From positions 1 through 64,000 of IMG/VR virus record IMGVR_UViG_3300020411_000980: 64,000 nucleotides of DNA, one strand, 5' to 3'. The DNA is from a virus (taxonomy: Duplodnaviria > Caudoviricetes). Shown here piece after piece: positions 1 through 11,615 of this stretch (positions are counted from its first letter, which is position 1; each line of letters begins with the position of its first letter). The translations under genes were made by a program, and so were the position numbers. The notes under the pieces were generated by a model. It was not told the DNA's origin. It worked only from the letters and a program-made list of their open reading frames with translations, and ran no database searches.

Positions 1-3000
1 TAACCGAAACCAAACTCATTATTCTTAAGTTTCTTGATCTTACCAATAGATTTACCTTGTAAGAACACAGAAGCACCCGATCCTTCATCAGGAATCACAA
101 CATCTAATATTGCACCAGAACCTGCAAGTAGAGGTCCTAGGATACCTGGTATAGCATCTACATCAATAGAAGCAGTCTTATAACCTTTACCTGCTGAAGT
201 TAGAGTAACATCAGTGATAACACCTTCAAAGTCTCCGTCATCTTGAACAGTGATGTTACAAGTAGCACCTTCACCATCTCCATCAATAGGAACGTTATAG
301 TAAACACCATTTACGTACTCAGTACCACCATTTGTGATTCTAACCTTCTCAATTTCTCTGTTAGAAGCAATATCAGTAACAATTGGTAGTCTCTGATAGA
401 ATCCACCTGCATTTACAAGTTTGATATCAGATATTGGACCAATTGCCTTAACTGAGGTTGTTGAGTAAGAAGAACGAGCATTGCCAAATTCATTATTACC
501 AACAGGAGCATTTGTCTTTTCAGGTTCATTTAATAGTCTAAAGGCGAATTTTTTACCAGCATCGGTTACAGAAGTAACTCTGAATGTGCCATCATAAGGA
601 GATTTAATAACGTCAATGAAGGATCCTTCTCCAACTGGTGAATCTGCACCTGTTCTAGATGGGTCAAAGTAATATGAAATATTAGTAACATCCTCATTAA
701 TGACGAATTTAACCAACGGAGTTGGTGAATCATCATCAGTAAATCCAGGTGTACCCTCTCTAATAATGTTAATGAATGGATATTCCAGTTTATACTGGTT
801 ATCTCTAGAGAATGATAGGAAGTATCCAAGGTTAGATTCATCATCAAGGTCAAATATGTACTGATGACCTCTAACAAAGAGGAATTTAGGATGTTTTGCG
901 TAGATATTAACGTTAGATACTGAATTTCCACTACCAGCAAAGGTTGGATCCTGTACAGCAGTACCTCTCATACGGAATGAGAAGTCTCTTGAGTTAAAGA
1001 CCTCTTCTACGAAGAACGAACCATTATAGTCATTTGTAGCAAAGTTCTCTGTAAATATGATCTCATTTTCTACAAAATTGTGTCTACTAGAAGCAGAACA
1101 GTAAACAAGGTCAGTATTTACTAATGCACCACTAGGAATTACGTCCTTATTAAGTTGTGCAACCAAGGATATCTTCTTAACACCAGTCAAACCAGTGAAT
1201 GTTGCTATCTTACCAGTTTCATCAACAGTAAACTGAAGGTTGACAGCATCAGCGTCAATAGTATCTCCTTTAATAAATGATGAATCTTGATATATCTCTT
1301 CAATCTTAATAGTATAATCTTCTGGAGAGAATGGCTTCCAAGATGCAAAAGCACTCATTGTAGAACCATTATATGAAGTATCTGCAAGATCTATCTCATA
1401 TATGCCAGATGCAGAAAGATATGCCCAAGAAACAGCACCATCAGATACAATACCAGTTGTATGTGTAGGTGGAATAGTACCAGATGTACCAGGAGAGGTA
1501 CACTGATATAGCTTCTTATCGTTATAAACTATGTCTTCTGTAGCATATACAAAGTTAGTTGCCCAAATTGGATCGGTTTTTTGCTCTGTAAAGTTCCATT
1601 CAAGGTCATTTACATCATTAGCAGTTGATTTTAATAGTTTTGAAGTGTCAAAATTACCTGCAATCTTACCAATCTTGCAAGAATTGGTTCCAGATTCAAC
1701 AATTGTTCCATATGCAGATACAACATCGTTACCACCAATTACAGAATACTGTTGTAATATTGCTCCTTTAGTGAAAGTAGCGTCCTGATTGAAGTTAATT
1801 GTCTTAACAAGGTCAATTAGAGCATATTTTGCATCTCTAAAGTAGAATTTTGGTACAACAGTCGTTGTAAGAAGCAGTTTCTTACCACCAGGAGTCGGAA
1901 TAGTAGCAGTTCTATTACCAAAATTCTGATCTGTTGATGTTACCGTGAATATACCAGGTTGATGTGTAGAAACAACATCACCATAATCAAGAATTTGAAT
2001 ACCTGCAGGACCAAGAACCCAAGGATTCATTGCTACGTTCTGGGTATTAAACGTATAATTGCTCTCAGAGGCGATATTGAGAGTATGTCCTGTCTCAACA
2101 TCATTAAGATTAAAGGATCCTAATGCTGTCTTGTCTTTATCAACCTTATAAATGAATCCTTGTGCAATACTATTAGTACCAGTAACTAAAGCAGAAGTAA
2201 ATGTATCATCATACTTAGCAGTAGGTGAGACAACTAGGTTATCAATCCATCCAATCCAATTATTTGTTGCGTTAGGAGTTGAATTAGATCCAAGTGTTAC
2301 ATCTTTAAGGTTAATATCAACTGTTGTACTTGTAAGTACCTGTGTTTCAATACCATTAACATATACACGATACTTGTAATCACCAACACCTACACGATCT
2401 TTAACTAAAGCAACGTGAATAAACTCCTCGTTATTAAAGATTGCTAGGTAGTTTGCAGCAGTGGAGAATGTTGTAGTACCAGTTATATCAATCCAAGTCT
2501 TACCATAGTTGGGACTTGTCTGATCTGCATCAAGACCAGCTTTAACTGTATTACCTATAGCATCAGTTACAGTGAAGAATTCTGGTTTTGTGTTAGCAGC
2601 AGTATACTGAGCAGTTGAAAGTGCCCAAAATGCTTCTACAGTATAGCTTGTAGCAACATCTGATCCATAGAGCATCGTCATAGCATTAGATGCATCTAGT
2701 TTTACTGAAGAAGCACCATCATACTTCTTAGTATCATCAATTACAGCATTACCAGTTGCATACCACTGTTTGTTAGTTCCAGTAGCAAGAGTGTCATTAT
2801 ATGTGTCATCAGCAAGGTTATCAGCAGTATTCCAGTTAAATATCGCTAACTGATCTGCTTCTACCTTATTACCAACAACAATTGTGTCACCAGAACTGTC
2901 GTTAGATACAGCAATTGCTTTAAATCCAATACCATCAGTCTCACTTGCAGTTGAAGCAGTAATTACTGTACCTGTATTCCAACCAATTTTAAGAGTAGTG

Positions 3001-6000
3001 GATTCAACTTGATTAAATGCTCTTTCTACAGAACAAGATACATCAACATTACCAAAGATATCAAACTCTACACCACCATTATGAACAGCATTATAGGTTC
3101 CAGTAGGAACAAATATTCTACTTTGCTCAGCTTCTGTAAAGTCACCATCATCAAACTTGGTGTATAAAACACCATAATCCTTACCATTAGTATCTTCTGC
3201 TGTAGCAGTTACATATACAGCACCATATTCATCAATGGTGAATGTTGGGTTCTTAAACTTATAACTGGCATTAGTGATCTTTTTAGACCATACAACCTCA
3301 ATAGTTGCAGTATCATAATAAGTTTCACCAATTATGATGTCAGATGTATTATCAGGTTCAGATACACCACAGAATAGGAAGGTATCCTTAGATTTCCACT
3401 TAATTTGATGTAAATGCTCACTAACTTCTGCAGAAGCAATCTTACGCTTCTCCATCATAGATCCATCAAGATCTAATAATGCAACCCACATATCATCTGG
3501 TTGCAATGAGTTAGCATCGGTATAACCACCGATCATACATCTACCGTCTTGATCTAATGAAATGGTAGTTGCATAATCTCTTCTTGTAGCACCAGAGATA
3601 CCAGCAATATCACGTTGCCACTGAAGAATACCATCAGGGTTATTATTACCATCAAATCCTGAAGTATACTTAGCAACAATAATATCTGGGTTATGAGTAA
3701 TATTTGTGATGTTAGTAACTGTCTCACCAATTACGTAGATATTGTGAGGATTACTATTCTCAACATATAAAGACTTCCATCTTAGTGATTTTGCACCAGC
3801 AGGTACTGTAGGTACTAGAGTTCTCTGCCAAAGTAAGCGACCATCACTATTAAACTTAGCAAGAATACCACAAGTATCACCATCAGTAAGATTTCTTTCA
3901 GCTGCAACGTAGATAGTACGATCTTCAGCAACTTTAACGTCATTTATAGAAACAGTACCAGTTGCTTCTTTCAAGAATGATAAGAAGTAATTTGCCTTCT
4001 TATATCTCTGTGGATGTGATACACGAATCTTAGGTGGGTTATCTACGTCATATCCAGAACCAGAGTTGATTATATTTGCTTTTTTAACGGCACCTGCTTC
4101 GGTTCTTTCTAAAGTTAACTTGAAATCTTGTCCAATAGAAGAAATAAGTTCATATGTTGGAGGAAGTTCAGAAGAATAACCAACACCTTCCTGAGTAATG
4201 TTTAATTGCTCAACACCAGCAATAACCTTAACTTTAAGAGTTTTATTAGTGTCATCAAGAACAGGTGTACTCTTAACGATAATTTCATCATTAACACGTA
4301 ATTCGTGTTCTTCAGCAGTTGTAATCTGTCCGTAAGGTACGTCATTAGTCATATAAGACGAATAACCTGCTATATCAAGACCTTTAACTGAATTGACCTT
4401 AGCAGATGCACCAAATCCTTGTGTGTCTGTATTATCAAAATATAGTTTGTCACCAACCTTATAAGAAACACCTGGGTTCTCAACAACAAATCCATCAACC
4501 TGAGCATCCTCAAACTTGGTAGTAGTCTCAATATCAATATCCACCTCAGATCTTGTAGAGACTCTAGGGTAGTAATCAAATAATTGTAATACGGGTTCTT
4601 CAGCGATATTGATTGGTGTAGTATCTTCAAGGTTATTGATTACACCGTCTCTATTAGTATCTTCAATTTCAAAGATAAGTTCCTCACCAAGTTCAGTTAC
4701 AAGGATATCAGTGTCTTGGTTTGGTTGACGTTCAATATCAATATCAACATCTTCGTAAGGATCACGGAAACGAACAACATCATCAGGAATATTTGTCTGT
4801 ACAGCATCCTGACTGTAGTTCCACTCATCTGCCTTAGAATATAACTGAGGACCAGCAATATATGGGAATACTGGATTACCTGCATCAGATGCGTCAATTG
4901 AGATGAAGTATGCGTATACACCTTCAGGGAATTGAGGTGTCTTACAGAAACGACCATTATACTGGTCTAGATCACCATATTGGAAAGTATACTCAAAATC
5001 TTCGATAAATGAACCTGCAGGATAGTCACTTAGTAAAGGACCATCTGAACGAACTGGATTAGGGTTGGTTGCAGCGTCATATATGAGTACTGGCTTGATA
5101 CGGTAAGAAGATCTAATACGACGTATACCAGAAGACTGGTCAGTAGCATCTATGTAACCATAAGGACCATAAATGGGGTTACCATCAAATGCCCATCCGA
5201 GGATTGGTGAGTGTTGCCATCCTGTAGATAATTCTTGTAATTGTTGTGTTGCTTGGTTCTTAAAGACATTATCACCCAAAACATAACGCAACTGCTTAGG
5301 ATCTGATAAGTGTGCGTATTCACCACCATATTGAGTGTTATATCCTGCAAATACGTAACCACGTGCTGTATCGAAAGATTGACCTAACTCATCTTGTAGG
5401 TTTCTTGTCCACTCAAATACATTAGCGGTAAACTCTGCCATTTCACCAACTGCTTCTAACCTTACAGTTGTTAGACCAGTAGTGTATCCAATACCTCTGT
5501 TAATAACAGAAACACCAATAACCTTACCTCTATCCTCACCAACAGTACCAATAGTTGCTTTTGCAACAGCACCATAACCATCACCATTGATTACAATCTC
5601 AGGAGCAGTGGTATATCCCTTACCTGCAGCAATGATAGCAATAGAAACGATACGACCGTTAATAATAATTGGTTGTGCAACAGCACCTTCACCAGAATTC
5701 AGTTTAACATTAGGTGAAGAGGTATAAGCAGATCCTGAAGTATCTACACTTACAGATTGAATTGGACCTCTTACAGCAGCAGTTGCAACAGCACCACTAC
5801 CATTTCCACCTGAAATAGACACATCAGGTTGTGAGGTGTATCCTTGACCTGGGTTTTCAACCAGAACCTTAGAAACTACACCGTTAGTAATAACAGCGGT
5901 AGCAGTAGCACCGAATCCACCACCACCCACGATAGAAACAAGAGGACTAGAAGTATAACCACTACCTCCCGCAGATACATCAATTTCACTTAATTGTCCG

Positions 6001-9000
6001 TTAACAACAACACTTGCGGTAGCACCTGTACCGCCACCACCTGTAATTTCAATAAGAGGAGGGTTAGCAGCGTCATATCCTTTTCCAACATTAGTAATAT
6101 TAATTCCAGTTACACCACCATACTTAATTTTACTCTGTGACTTATAAGACCAAGCAGATACACCATTAACCCACGCACCAATAGGACCAAAGTTGGTATC
6201 TTCCCGTTTAGAGATCGTATTGATAACTCTAGGAATACGGATCAGTTTACGCTGGTTACCTGGAAGTAGTGCAGATCCTACAAAAGGACCAACTTCATAG
6301 TTTGGTATACCAGATGATGCAATGTATGAATACTGGTTATTAAAGAACGTATTCTGTACGTTTGTAGTAAAATCTCTAATTGCAATGCTAATTCCTTCTT
6401 CTGGAGACTTACCTTTGTTCAAGTCAACAGATAAGAGAATATTACCTTGAGGTGAAGCATCTGCGGGTGCAGGAATGTTATACTCAAAGATAAAATCACT
6501 AATACGTGATGTTACTAGGAACGTACCGTTGAACACAGTTGGGTTTGCACCGTAGATAGTAACAGTGTCACCAACAAGAAGACCGTGCTTATTAGAGCAA
6601 GTTACGGTTGCAGTCTGATTATTAAGACCACCAGGTACAACACCATCAACATTAATCAGTTTCTTGACGTTATATAACCAAGAAGTGATACGTTGATCCA
6701 CAGAAGTAGATCCAAGAGATGCAACGTTTAATTTGTCACCAGGTAGGTAGTATGAACCAGTATCTGTCAATACGGTGGATTTTGCGTCTGCAATACCCAA
6801 AACACGCATTTTGATCTCAGTAGGAAGACCACGATTAACATATACAAATATTTGTGAATGAATTACAGTACCTGCATCCCAATCTTCTACAACACCATTC
6901 TCAGAACGTGTACATTCGATGAACTGGTTAAGAGTCTTCTCCTTATACTGAACCTCCTCATCGTCATTAATAAGGATTGTACCGTTTCTTTCAGGCCAAC
7001 CAATAGTAGAGTCAACAGTAATAATGGATTCTGTAGTACTAAGTTCCTCAACCAATGTGGTTTTATAAGGAATTGTGAATGAACCTTGTAGAGTTTCCTC
7101 AGATATAGCAAGTTCATATACAGTTCCTACACCAGTATTGATAGCAATAACGTTCTCAATCAGTGCAGATGCGTCCTTAACGTTGATATCTACCTGATCT
7201 GCGTACTGAACTAGCTGTGCATCTAGTAAATTTGTAGGATCTCCACTTATAAGTTCCGCACGGAGAACTGTATCTACGTTCCAAGATGCAGCAGATGGCT
7301 TAATAACCTCATCTTTTGGATAAGATACGTCCACATTCTCTGAGAACAGCATCTTAAAGAGGTACTGTGTAGAGATCTTTGTACCTTTAGATGCGTAGAA
7401 ATCACTAATAGTTTTGATAATCTGCGGAGCATTTACCTTTTCATAGTCAATTTCCGCATTAGGAAGGTACTGGTTTACGTATCTTCTGTATAATTCCTTA
7501 GCAAAGAGTGTATCTAGGTTAGAAATAGTAGATCCAACCTCGTGAGAAGATTGAACTGTATCCGCTTCTTTAGAGTAAACTTGATTACCTTTCTGATCAA
7601 ATGAACTTACAGATGAAACACCACGCTTACAATTAACAAAAGCAGATGGTTGATATCCAGATCCACCATTATGGATGGTAAATCCAGTAATTTCACCAAA
7701 ACCAACGTCACAAGATGCTTCTGGAGCAGGAGGAGCAGCAATAAAGACTTTAGGAGGTTCTACATCAGAGTATCCACTTCCAAAACTTGTTATGTTGATA
7801 TCAGTGATCTCACCATTGAAAATGGTTGCAACAGCAGTAGCACCAGTTCCACCAATAGGTTGATCAGCAATATCCTTCCTATTATCAACAATATACACAG
7901 ATGGAGCATCAGTATAACCTGCACCACCAGTTAATAGTTCAATATTAGTTACTCTACCACCAGTTACACTTACATCGAGGATTTGAGCACCTACAGGATC
8001 GATAATCTTTGCCCTAGGTGTTGTTTCATATCCTTGTCCACCTGATACAACAGTAATTCCATCAACCTTACCATCAGCGTTAATAGTAGCAACAACATTA
8101 GCTGTAATAGCATTCTCACCAGTTGGAGGATCCAAATAGACTAATGGAGGTGTAGTGTAACCAGAACCAGAAGAAATAACACTTATAGACCCTTCTTGGA
8201 TAGATCCTGTGTGAAGTGTTGGTTGACTAATGGTTGCACCACCAGGATTAACAAAACTGATAGATGGAATCTTATCGTAACCACTTCCAGAACTGTCTAC
8301 AATGAGTTCTGAGACCCCTTCGATAGAATCACTAACAATTGCCCTAATTTGAGCAGTCTTGCCTTCAGGATCCACTGGAGGGTCAACTACAACGATTGGA
8401 GGGTTATTTGCAGAGTAACCTTGTCCTGAAAATAGTAATCTAGTGTCTTTAATACCATTTACTAATGCTTCAGCAGTAGCATTAGCTCCTGGACCTTTAG
8501 TAGACGCAATAGTAATCTTTGGAGCAAAACTTAAACGATATCCACTACCACCAGTCTTAACAATGACCTTATCTACAACACCTTGCTCAATATCCGCAAT
8601 AGCACTAGCACCAGCACCAAATTCAGGTGCTATCATCTCAATAGATCTAATATTGATCTGAGATCCTTGTGCAACGTCATTCTTAAAGATTAACTTATCT
8701 TCAAAGATAGTAAAATCTTCATAAGGACGCTTTTCTACTCTGTTTACAACAACTACTGATGAAACAGTTGATAATGGGGTATATGGAACGTTATTGTTAG
8801 TTAAACTAAACTCTTTAGCATCTGCAGTAACACTAATAGGGTCTATAGAACGTACTGGAATGCTTGTGTAACCAATAAGGTACCGAATAGTATTAATTGC
8901 ACCTGTAAGTTCTCCTGTAGGGGGAGCAGGGGGTGTCTGCAGACGTATCTTATCACCTTCGATAAAATAGTCGATATTTGGGAATAAAAACTCGTTATTT

Positions 9001-9503
9001 ACAACAACTAAGAGATGATCAGCAGTTTGGGGTGAAACTGGCTTACCTAAGAGTCTAAGATCAAATAAAGTCTGACTATTATCAAATTGTGAAGATATTG
9101 GTTCAAATTCTTGTATTTTACGATCAAATTCTGCCTTATTAACACCAGGAGTGAATACAATGTCAGGAGAATGAGTAACAGTCTCGTAATAGATTACCTC
9201 ATCATCAATTTGTATTGTACCGTCTTTCTCTAGGAAATAATTAACATTCTCAGCAATAATATCCTTTTGAGTAGGATCAACCTTCTCCAACACAGCAGAT
9301 TGTGAAGATAGGAAATTAGGATCAAACTCTCCAGAACCAATATCAGTATATCTTAAGATATTATTCAGTATGTCATACGGACGACCTGATTTCTCTTGAG
9401 ATCTGTAGTATTCTGAAAGAAGATTGACAAATTGTTCGTTATCTTCTCTGATGAATGCAGGTATCTGATCCTGCACCCTATTTGAGACGGTAATAGCCTT
9501 CAT
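1..9503 (-). CDS. gp7: Baseplate wedge initiator gp7, giant (>3167 aa), truncated by the left edge
   Basis: Absent from ORF track (no stop in window). ATG at 9503 reads MKAITVSNRVQDQIPAFIREDNEQFVNLLSEYYRSQE; the same frame reads IGKIKKLKNNEFGFG at position 3. Follows gp6; many SGYxxxPxV-type beta repeats. Confidence 0.85.
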   Translation of the reverse strand, partial: MKAITVSNRVQDQIPAFIREDNEQFVNLLSEYYRSQEKSGRPYDILNNILRYTDIGSGEFDPNFLSSQSAVLEKVDPTQKDIIAENVNYFLEKDGTIQIDDEVIYYETVTHSPDIVFTPGVNKAEFDRKIQEFEPISSQFDNSQTLFDLRLLGKPVSPQTADHLLVVVNNEFLFPNIDYFIEGDKIRLQTPPAPPTGELTGAINTIRYLIGYTSIPVRSIDPISVTADAKEFSLTNNNVPYTPLSTVSSVVVVNRVEKRPYEDFTIFEDKLIFKNDVAQGSQINIRSIEMIAPEFGAGASAIADIEQGVVDKVIVKTGGSGYRLSFAPKITIASTKGPGANATAEALVNGIKDTRLLFSGQGYSANNPPIVVVDPPVDPEGKTAQIRAIVSDSIEGVSELIVDSSGSGYDKIPSISFVNPGGATISQPTLHTGSIQEGSISVISSGSGYTTPPLVYLDPPTGENAITANVVATINADGKVDGITVVSGGQGYETTPRAKIIDPVGAQILDVSVTGGRVTNIELLTGGAGYTDAPSVYIVDNRKDIADQPIGGTGATAVATIFNGEITDINITSFGSGYSDVEPPKVFIAAPPAPEASCDVGFGEITGFTIHNGGSGYQPSAFVNCKRGVSSVSSFDQKGNQVYSKEADTVQSSHEVGSTISNLDTLFAKELYRRYVNQYLPNAEIDYEKVNAPQIIKTISDFYASKGTKISTQYLFKMLFSENVDVSYPKDEVIKPSAASWNVDTVLRAELISGDPTNLLDAQLVQYADQVDINVKDASALIENVIAINTGVGTVYELAISEETLQGSFTIPYKTTLVEELSTTESIITVDSTIGWPERNGTILINDDEEVQYKEKTLNQFIECTRSENGVVEDWDAGTVIHSQIFVYVNRGLPTEIKMRVLGIADAKSTVLTDTGSYYLPGDKLNVASLGSTSVDQRITSWLYNVKKLINVDGVVPGGLNNQTATVTCSNKHGLLVGDTVTIYGANPTVFNGTFLVTSRISDFIFEYNIPAPADASPQGNILLSVDLNKGKSPEEGISIAIRDFTTNVQNTFFNNQYSYIASSGIPNYEVGPFVGSALLPGNQRKLIRIPRVINTISKREDTNFGPIGAWVNGVSAWSYKSQSKIKYGGVTGINITNVGKGYDAANPPLIEITGGGGTGATASVVVNGQLSEIDVSAGGSGYTSSPLVSIVGGGGFGATATAVITNGVVSKVLVENPGQGYTSQPDVSISGGNGSGAVATAAVRGPIQSVSVDTSGSAYTSSPNVKLNSGEGAVAQPIIINGRIVSIAIIAAGKGYTTAPEIVINGDGYGAVAKATIGTVGEDRGKVIGVSVINRGIGYTTGLTTVRLEAVGEMAEFTANVFEWTRNLQDELGQSFDTARGYVFAGYNTQYGGEYAHLSDPKQLRYVLGDNVFKNQATQQLQELSTGWQHSPILGWAFDGNPIYGPYGYIDATDQSSGIRRIRSSYRIKPVLIYDAATNPNPVRSDGPLLSDYPAGSFIEDFEYTFQYGDLDQYNGRFCKTPQFPEGVYAYFISIDASDAGNPVFPYIAGPQLYSKADEWNYSQDAVQTNIPDDVVRFRDPYEDVDIDIERQPNQDTDILVTELGEELIFEIEDTNRDGVINNLEDTTPINIAEEPVLQLFDYYPRVSTRSEVDIDIETTTKFEDAQVDGFVVENPGVSYKVGDKLYFDNTDTQGFGASAKVNSVKGLDIAGYSSYMTNDVPYGQITTAEEHELRVNDEIIVKSTPVLDDTNKTLKVKVIAGVEQLNITQEGVGYSSELPPTYELISSIGQDFKLTLERTEAGAVKKANIINSGSGYDVDNPPKIRVSHPQRYKKANYFLSFLKEATGTVSINDVKVAEDRTIYVAAERNLTDGDTCGILAKFNSDGRLLWQRTLVPTVPAGAKSLRWKSLYVENSNPHNIYVIGETVTNITNITHNPDIIVAKYTSGFDGNNNPDGILQWQRDIAGISGATRRDYATTISLDQDGRCMIGGYTDANSLQPDDMWVALLDLDGSMMEKRKIASAEVSEHLHQIKWKSKDTFLFCGVSEPDNTSDIIIGETYYDTATIEVVWSKKITNASYKFKNPTFTIDEYGAVYVTATAEDTNGKDYGVLYTKFDDGDFTEAEQSRIFVPTGTYNAVHNGGVEFDIFGNVDVSCSVERAFNQVESTTLKIGWNTGTVITASTASETDGIGFKAIAVSNDSSGDTIVVGNKVEADQLAIFNWNTADNLADDTYNDTLATGTNKQWYATGNAVIDDTKKYDGASSVKLDASNAMTMLYGSDVATSYTVEAFWALSTAQYTAANTKPEFFTVTDAIGNTVKAGLDADQTSPNYGKTWIDITGTTTFSTAANYLAIFNNEEFIHVALVKDRVGVGDYKYRVYVNGIETQVLTSTTVDINLKDVTLGSNSTPNATNNWIGWIDNLVVSPTAKYDDTFTSALVTGTNSIAQGFIYKVDKDKTALGSFNLNDVETGHTLNIASESNYTFNTQNVAMNPWVLGPAGIQILDYGDVVSTHQPGIFTVTSTDQNFGNRTATIPTPGGKKLLLTTTVVPKFYFRDAKYALIDLVKTINFNQDATFTKGAILQQYSVIGGNDVVSAYGTIVESGTNSCKIGKIAGNFDTSKLLKSTANDVNDLEWNFTEQKTDPIWATNFVYATEDIVYNDKKLYQCTSPGTSGTIPPTHTTGIVSDGAVSWAYLSASGIYEIDLADTSYNGSTMSAFASWKPFSPEDYTIKIEEIYQDSSFIKGDTIDADAVNLQFTVDETGKIATFTGLTGVKKISLVAQLNKDVIPSGALVNTDLVYCSASSRHNFVENEIIFTENFATNDYNGSFFVEEVFNSRDFSFRMRGTAVQDPTFAGSGNSVSNVNIYAKHPKFLFVRGHQYIFDLDDESNLGYFLSFSRDNQYKLEYPFINIIREGTPGFTDDDSPTPLVKFVINEDVTNISYYFDPSRTGADSPVGEGSFIDVIKSPYDGTFRVTSVTDAGKKFAFRLLNEPEKTNAPVGNNEFGNARSSYSTTSVKAIGPISDIKLVNAGGFYQRLPIVTDIASNREIEKVRITNGGTEYVNGVYYNVPIDGDGEGATCNITVQDDGDFEGVITDVTLTSAGKGYKTASIDVDAIPGILGPLLAGSGAILDVVIPDEGSGASVFLQGKSIGKIKKLKNNEFGFG

Positions 9504-9530
9504 CTGCTGTTATTCTGCTATTTTATTGTC

Positions 9531-11615
9531 TTAGAAACAAGAATTAAATTCTGGAATCTCAAAGACTGTAGTTGGGTAATCAATAATATTTATTGAGGTT
9601 CCATCGAAGTTAATAGCGTTGAAATCGAACGGATCGAAGGTTGGAACGTTAGTTCCATCAATTGTGTAGTCGATGGTTTGTACAGTTGGGTTAAAGATCG
9701 TAGGATCTAGACCTGTACCAATGTTTATATTGCCAGAAGCAGGGATAACTGTAACAGGAACCCTGTTAGTACCATCAGGGGTACTTGCAATGTCAACAGG
9801 TCCAACACAGACCTGTCCACTCTTATAATCAACGGTTCCTACATTCTTTTTAAGAGTAACTTCAGTCTCATCGACTTTAGTTACCATAATTAGATTTCCG
9901 TAACCGTCATCTCTTATATTTACAGGCAATAGTGCTGAAGTATCATTCGTAAGTAAACTTGTTGATGATATTTGATTAGCATTAGCACCACCCTGTATAC
10001 TTAAAAGTCCCTCCGTATATCCTGTGGAATAGAAGGTACCTGTTTTCACTGAGGAATATTTTGGTACACAAGTCCCATCTCCAGCACCAGAGGAGTCTTT
10101 TGCTCCACCTGAAAGGTCATTGGGATTTGCGATTTCATTATTAAAGTCAATACACTGTGTAAATGTTTGACCAAAATTGAAGTTCTCAATGTTCATACCC
10201 AAAGACATATGGGTAATGTTGCCACTGATCGAAGGATCAGAGGAATCTATCATCGATTGATAAGCACTGAGGTCAATGCGACCATTGAATCTAGTAGATT
10301 CTGCTTGAGAATTGTATTGATCGACAGCTCCCAGAACTTTAGACGCAACCTCATTATTTGAGAGTGTAGTTTTATTACCGTCAAAGAACGCCCAAGTTTT
10401 TGGTCTAATGTATAAGGTAATTGGATCGACAATAACAGGTTCGATTGCTGCAATCGAGTATTTAAGCAGATTATTCTTGATTCTTTTTTTGGTTGTTGTA
10501 TTAAGTAGGGCACCTGATTTAGTTCTAATGGATATGTAGACTTTTCCGTAAATTGGTGGTGATAAACGTTCTCCACCGTAAGCAGTAACGGATTTTGCCT
10601 GTGGGTATACCTTTTTGGTAATAAATTCGTAATCAGATTCAGTTACTGCTCTGTTCTGACTGTTAAACGCCCTAGGAGCGTTGAATTTAATACTTAGGGT
10701 AGATTCTACGTCTTCACCATCTTGAGCACCGTCTATGGTCACAAGAGAGATGTTAGACGAAGATACGTGACGACCTTCTGAGTCTATCACACGACCGATG
10801 AAACTAAATTGCTTACATCCGTTAGCAGCAGTTCCTTCAGTACGTACATACTTTAATTTAATGACTTCACCTGCAATTAATTGACGACAGATAACTCCAT
10901 CACCAAAAACTACGTTATAACGTTGATCATCAGTCTCCTCAAGGAAATATCCACGAGTAGTACCATCAACATCAACAATATTCTGAACCAAATTATATGT
11001 ATCAATCTCTTCAGACTGTGCGTTGGGTGAAATAGAGACAGATAAAAGATCTGTATCCACCTGATCAGAAGGAATTAAGTAATCTCGCTTCTTAACATCA
11101 TCAACAGTGTACTGATACGTTAAAGTATTACCTTGATTGATAACTACCTTGCTAAAAGTAGCAATTCCAGTACTTTGATCAACTGTTGCTTGTAAAGCCG
11201 ATGGTAAAGTAAATGTATATCCTTGTCCACTTACAGCAGATACAAAAACATCACCAGCTTGTAAAGTTACTGTACCAGGATAGGTTGTACCAGATCCAAC
11301 AGTTTCTGTTTGTACAGCAAATCGCACACAAGCTTTTGGTGCTTTAACTGATCTAGGTGTGTAATTTAATTGCTTTGCAATCTTTACAACATTATCTCTA
11401 ATAGTTGCAGACTCAAGAAACGCCTCATTCATTGCCATATTAGCGTTGAATGCAGCGTAGTATGTGTTATATGATAAAACGTCAAGCAAATATGATGCAG
11501 CAGACCCGTCAAAATCATAATCTGTGAACTCATCTCTAGTTCTCAGGTATGATCTAATAGATTCACGTATCTCTGAAAAGTCTAAAGACGTTAAATTTGA
11601 TGGTATTGCTGCCAT
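9531..11615 (-). CDS. gp6: Baseplate wedge subunit gp6
   Basis: LDFSEIRESIRSYL..FTDYDFDGS..LLDVLSYNTYY..NEAFLESA N-terminus and QNRAVTESDY motif; follows gp25. Confidence 0.95.
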   Translation of the reverse strand: MAAIPSNLTSLDFSEIRESIRSYLRTRDEFTDYDFDGSAASYLLDVLSYNTYYAAFNANMAMNEAFLESATIRDNVVKIAKQLNYTPRSVKAPKACVRFAVQTETVGSGTTYPGTVTLQAGDVFVSAVSGQGYTFTLPSALQATVDQSTGIATFSKVVINQGNTLTYQYTVDDVKKRDYLIPSDQVDTDLLSVSISPNAQSEEIDTYNLVQNIVDVDGTTRGYFLEETDDQRYNVVFGDGVICRQLIAGEVIKLKYVRTEGTAANGCKQFSFIGRVIDSEGRHVSSSNISLVTIDGAQDGEDVESTLSIKFNAPRAFNSQNRAVTESDYEFITKKVYPQAKSVTAYGGERLSPPIYGKVYISIRTKSGALLNTTTKKRIKNNLLKYSIAAIEPVIVDPITLYIRPKTWAFFDGNKTTLSNNEVASKVLGAVDQYNSQAESTRFNGRIDLSAYQSMIDSSDPSISGNITHMSLGMNIENFNFGQTFTQCIDFNNEIANPNDLSGGAKDSSGAGDGTCVPKYSSVKTGTFYSTGYTEGLLSIQGGANANQISSTSLLTNDTSALLPVNIRDDGYGNLIMVTKVDETEVTLKKNVGTVDYKSGQVCVGPVDIASTPDGTNRVPVTVIPASGNINIGTGLDPTIFNPTVQTIDYTIDGTNVPTFDPFDFNAINFDGTSINIIDYPTTVFEIPEFNSCF

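Noticed and set aside
566-8661. Short ORF-track entries in 566-8661
   Set aside because: All lie within the long gp7 reading frame as alternative-frame or antisense shadows
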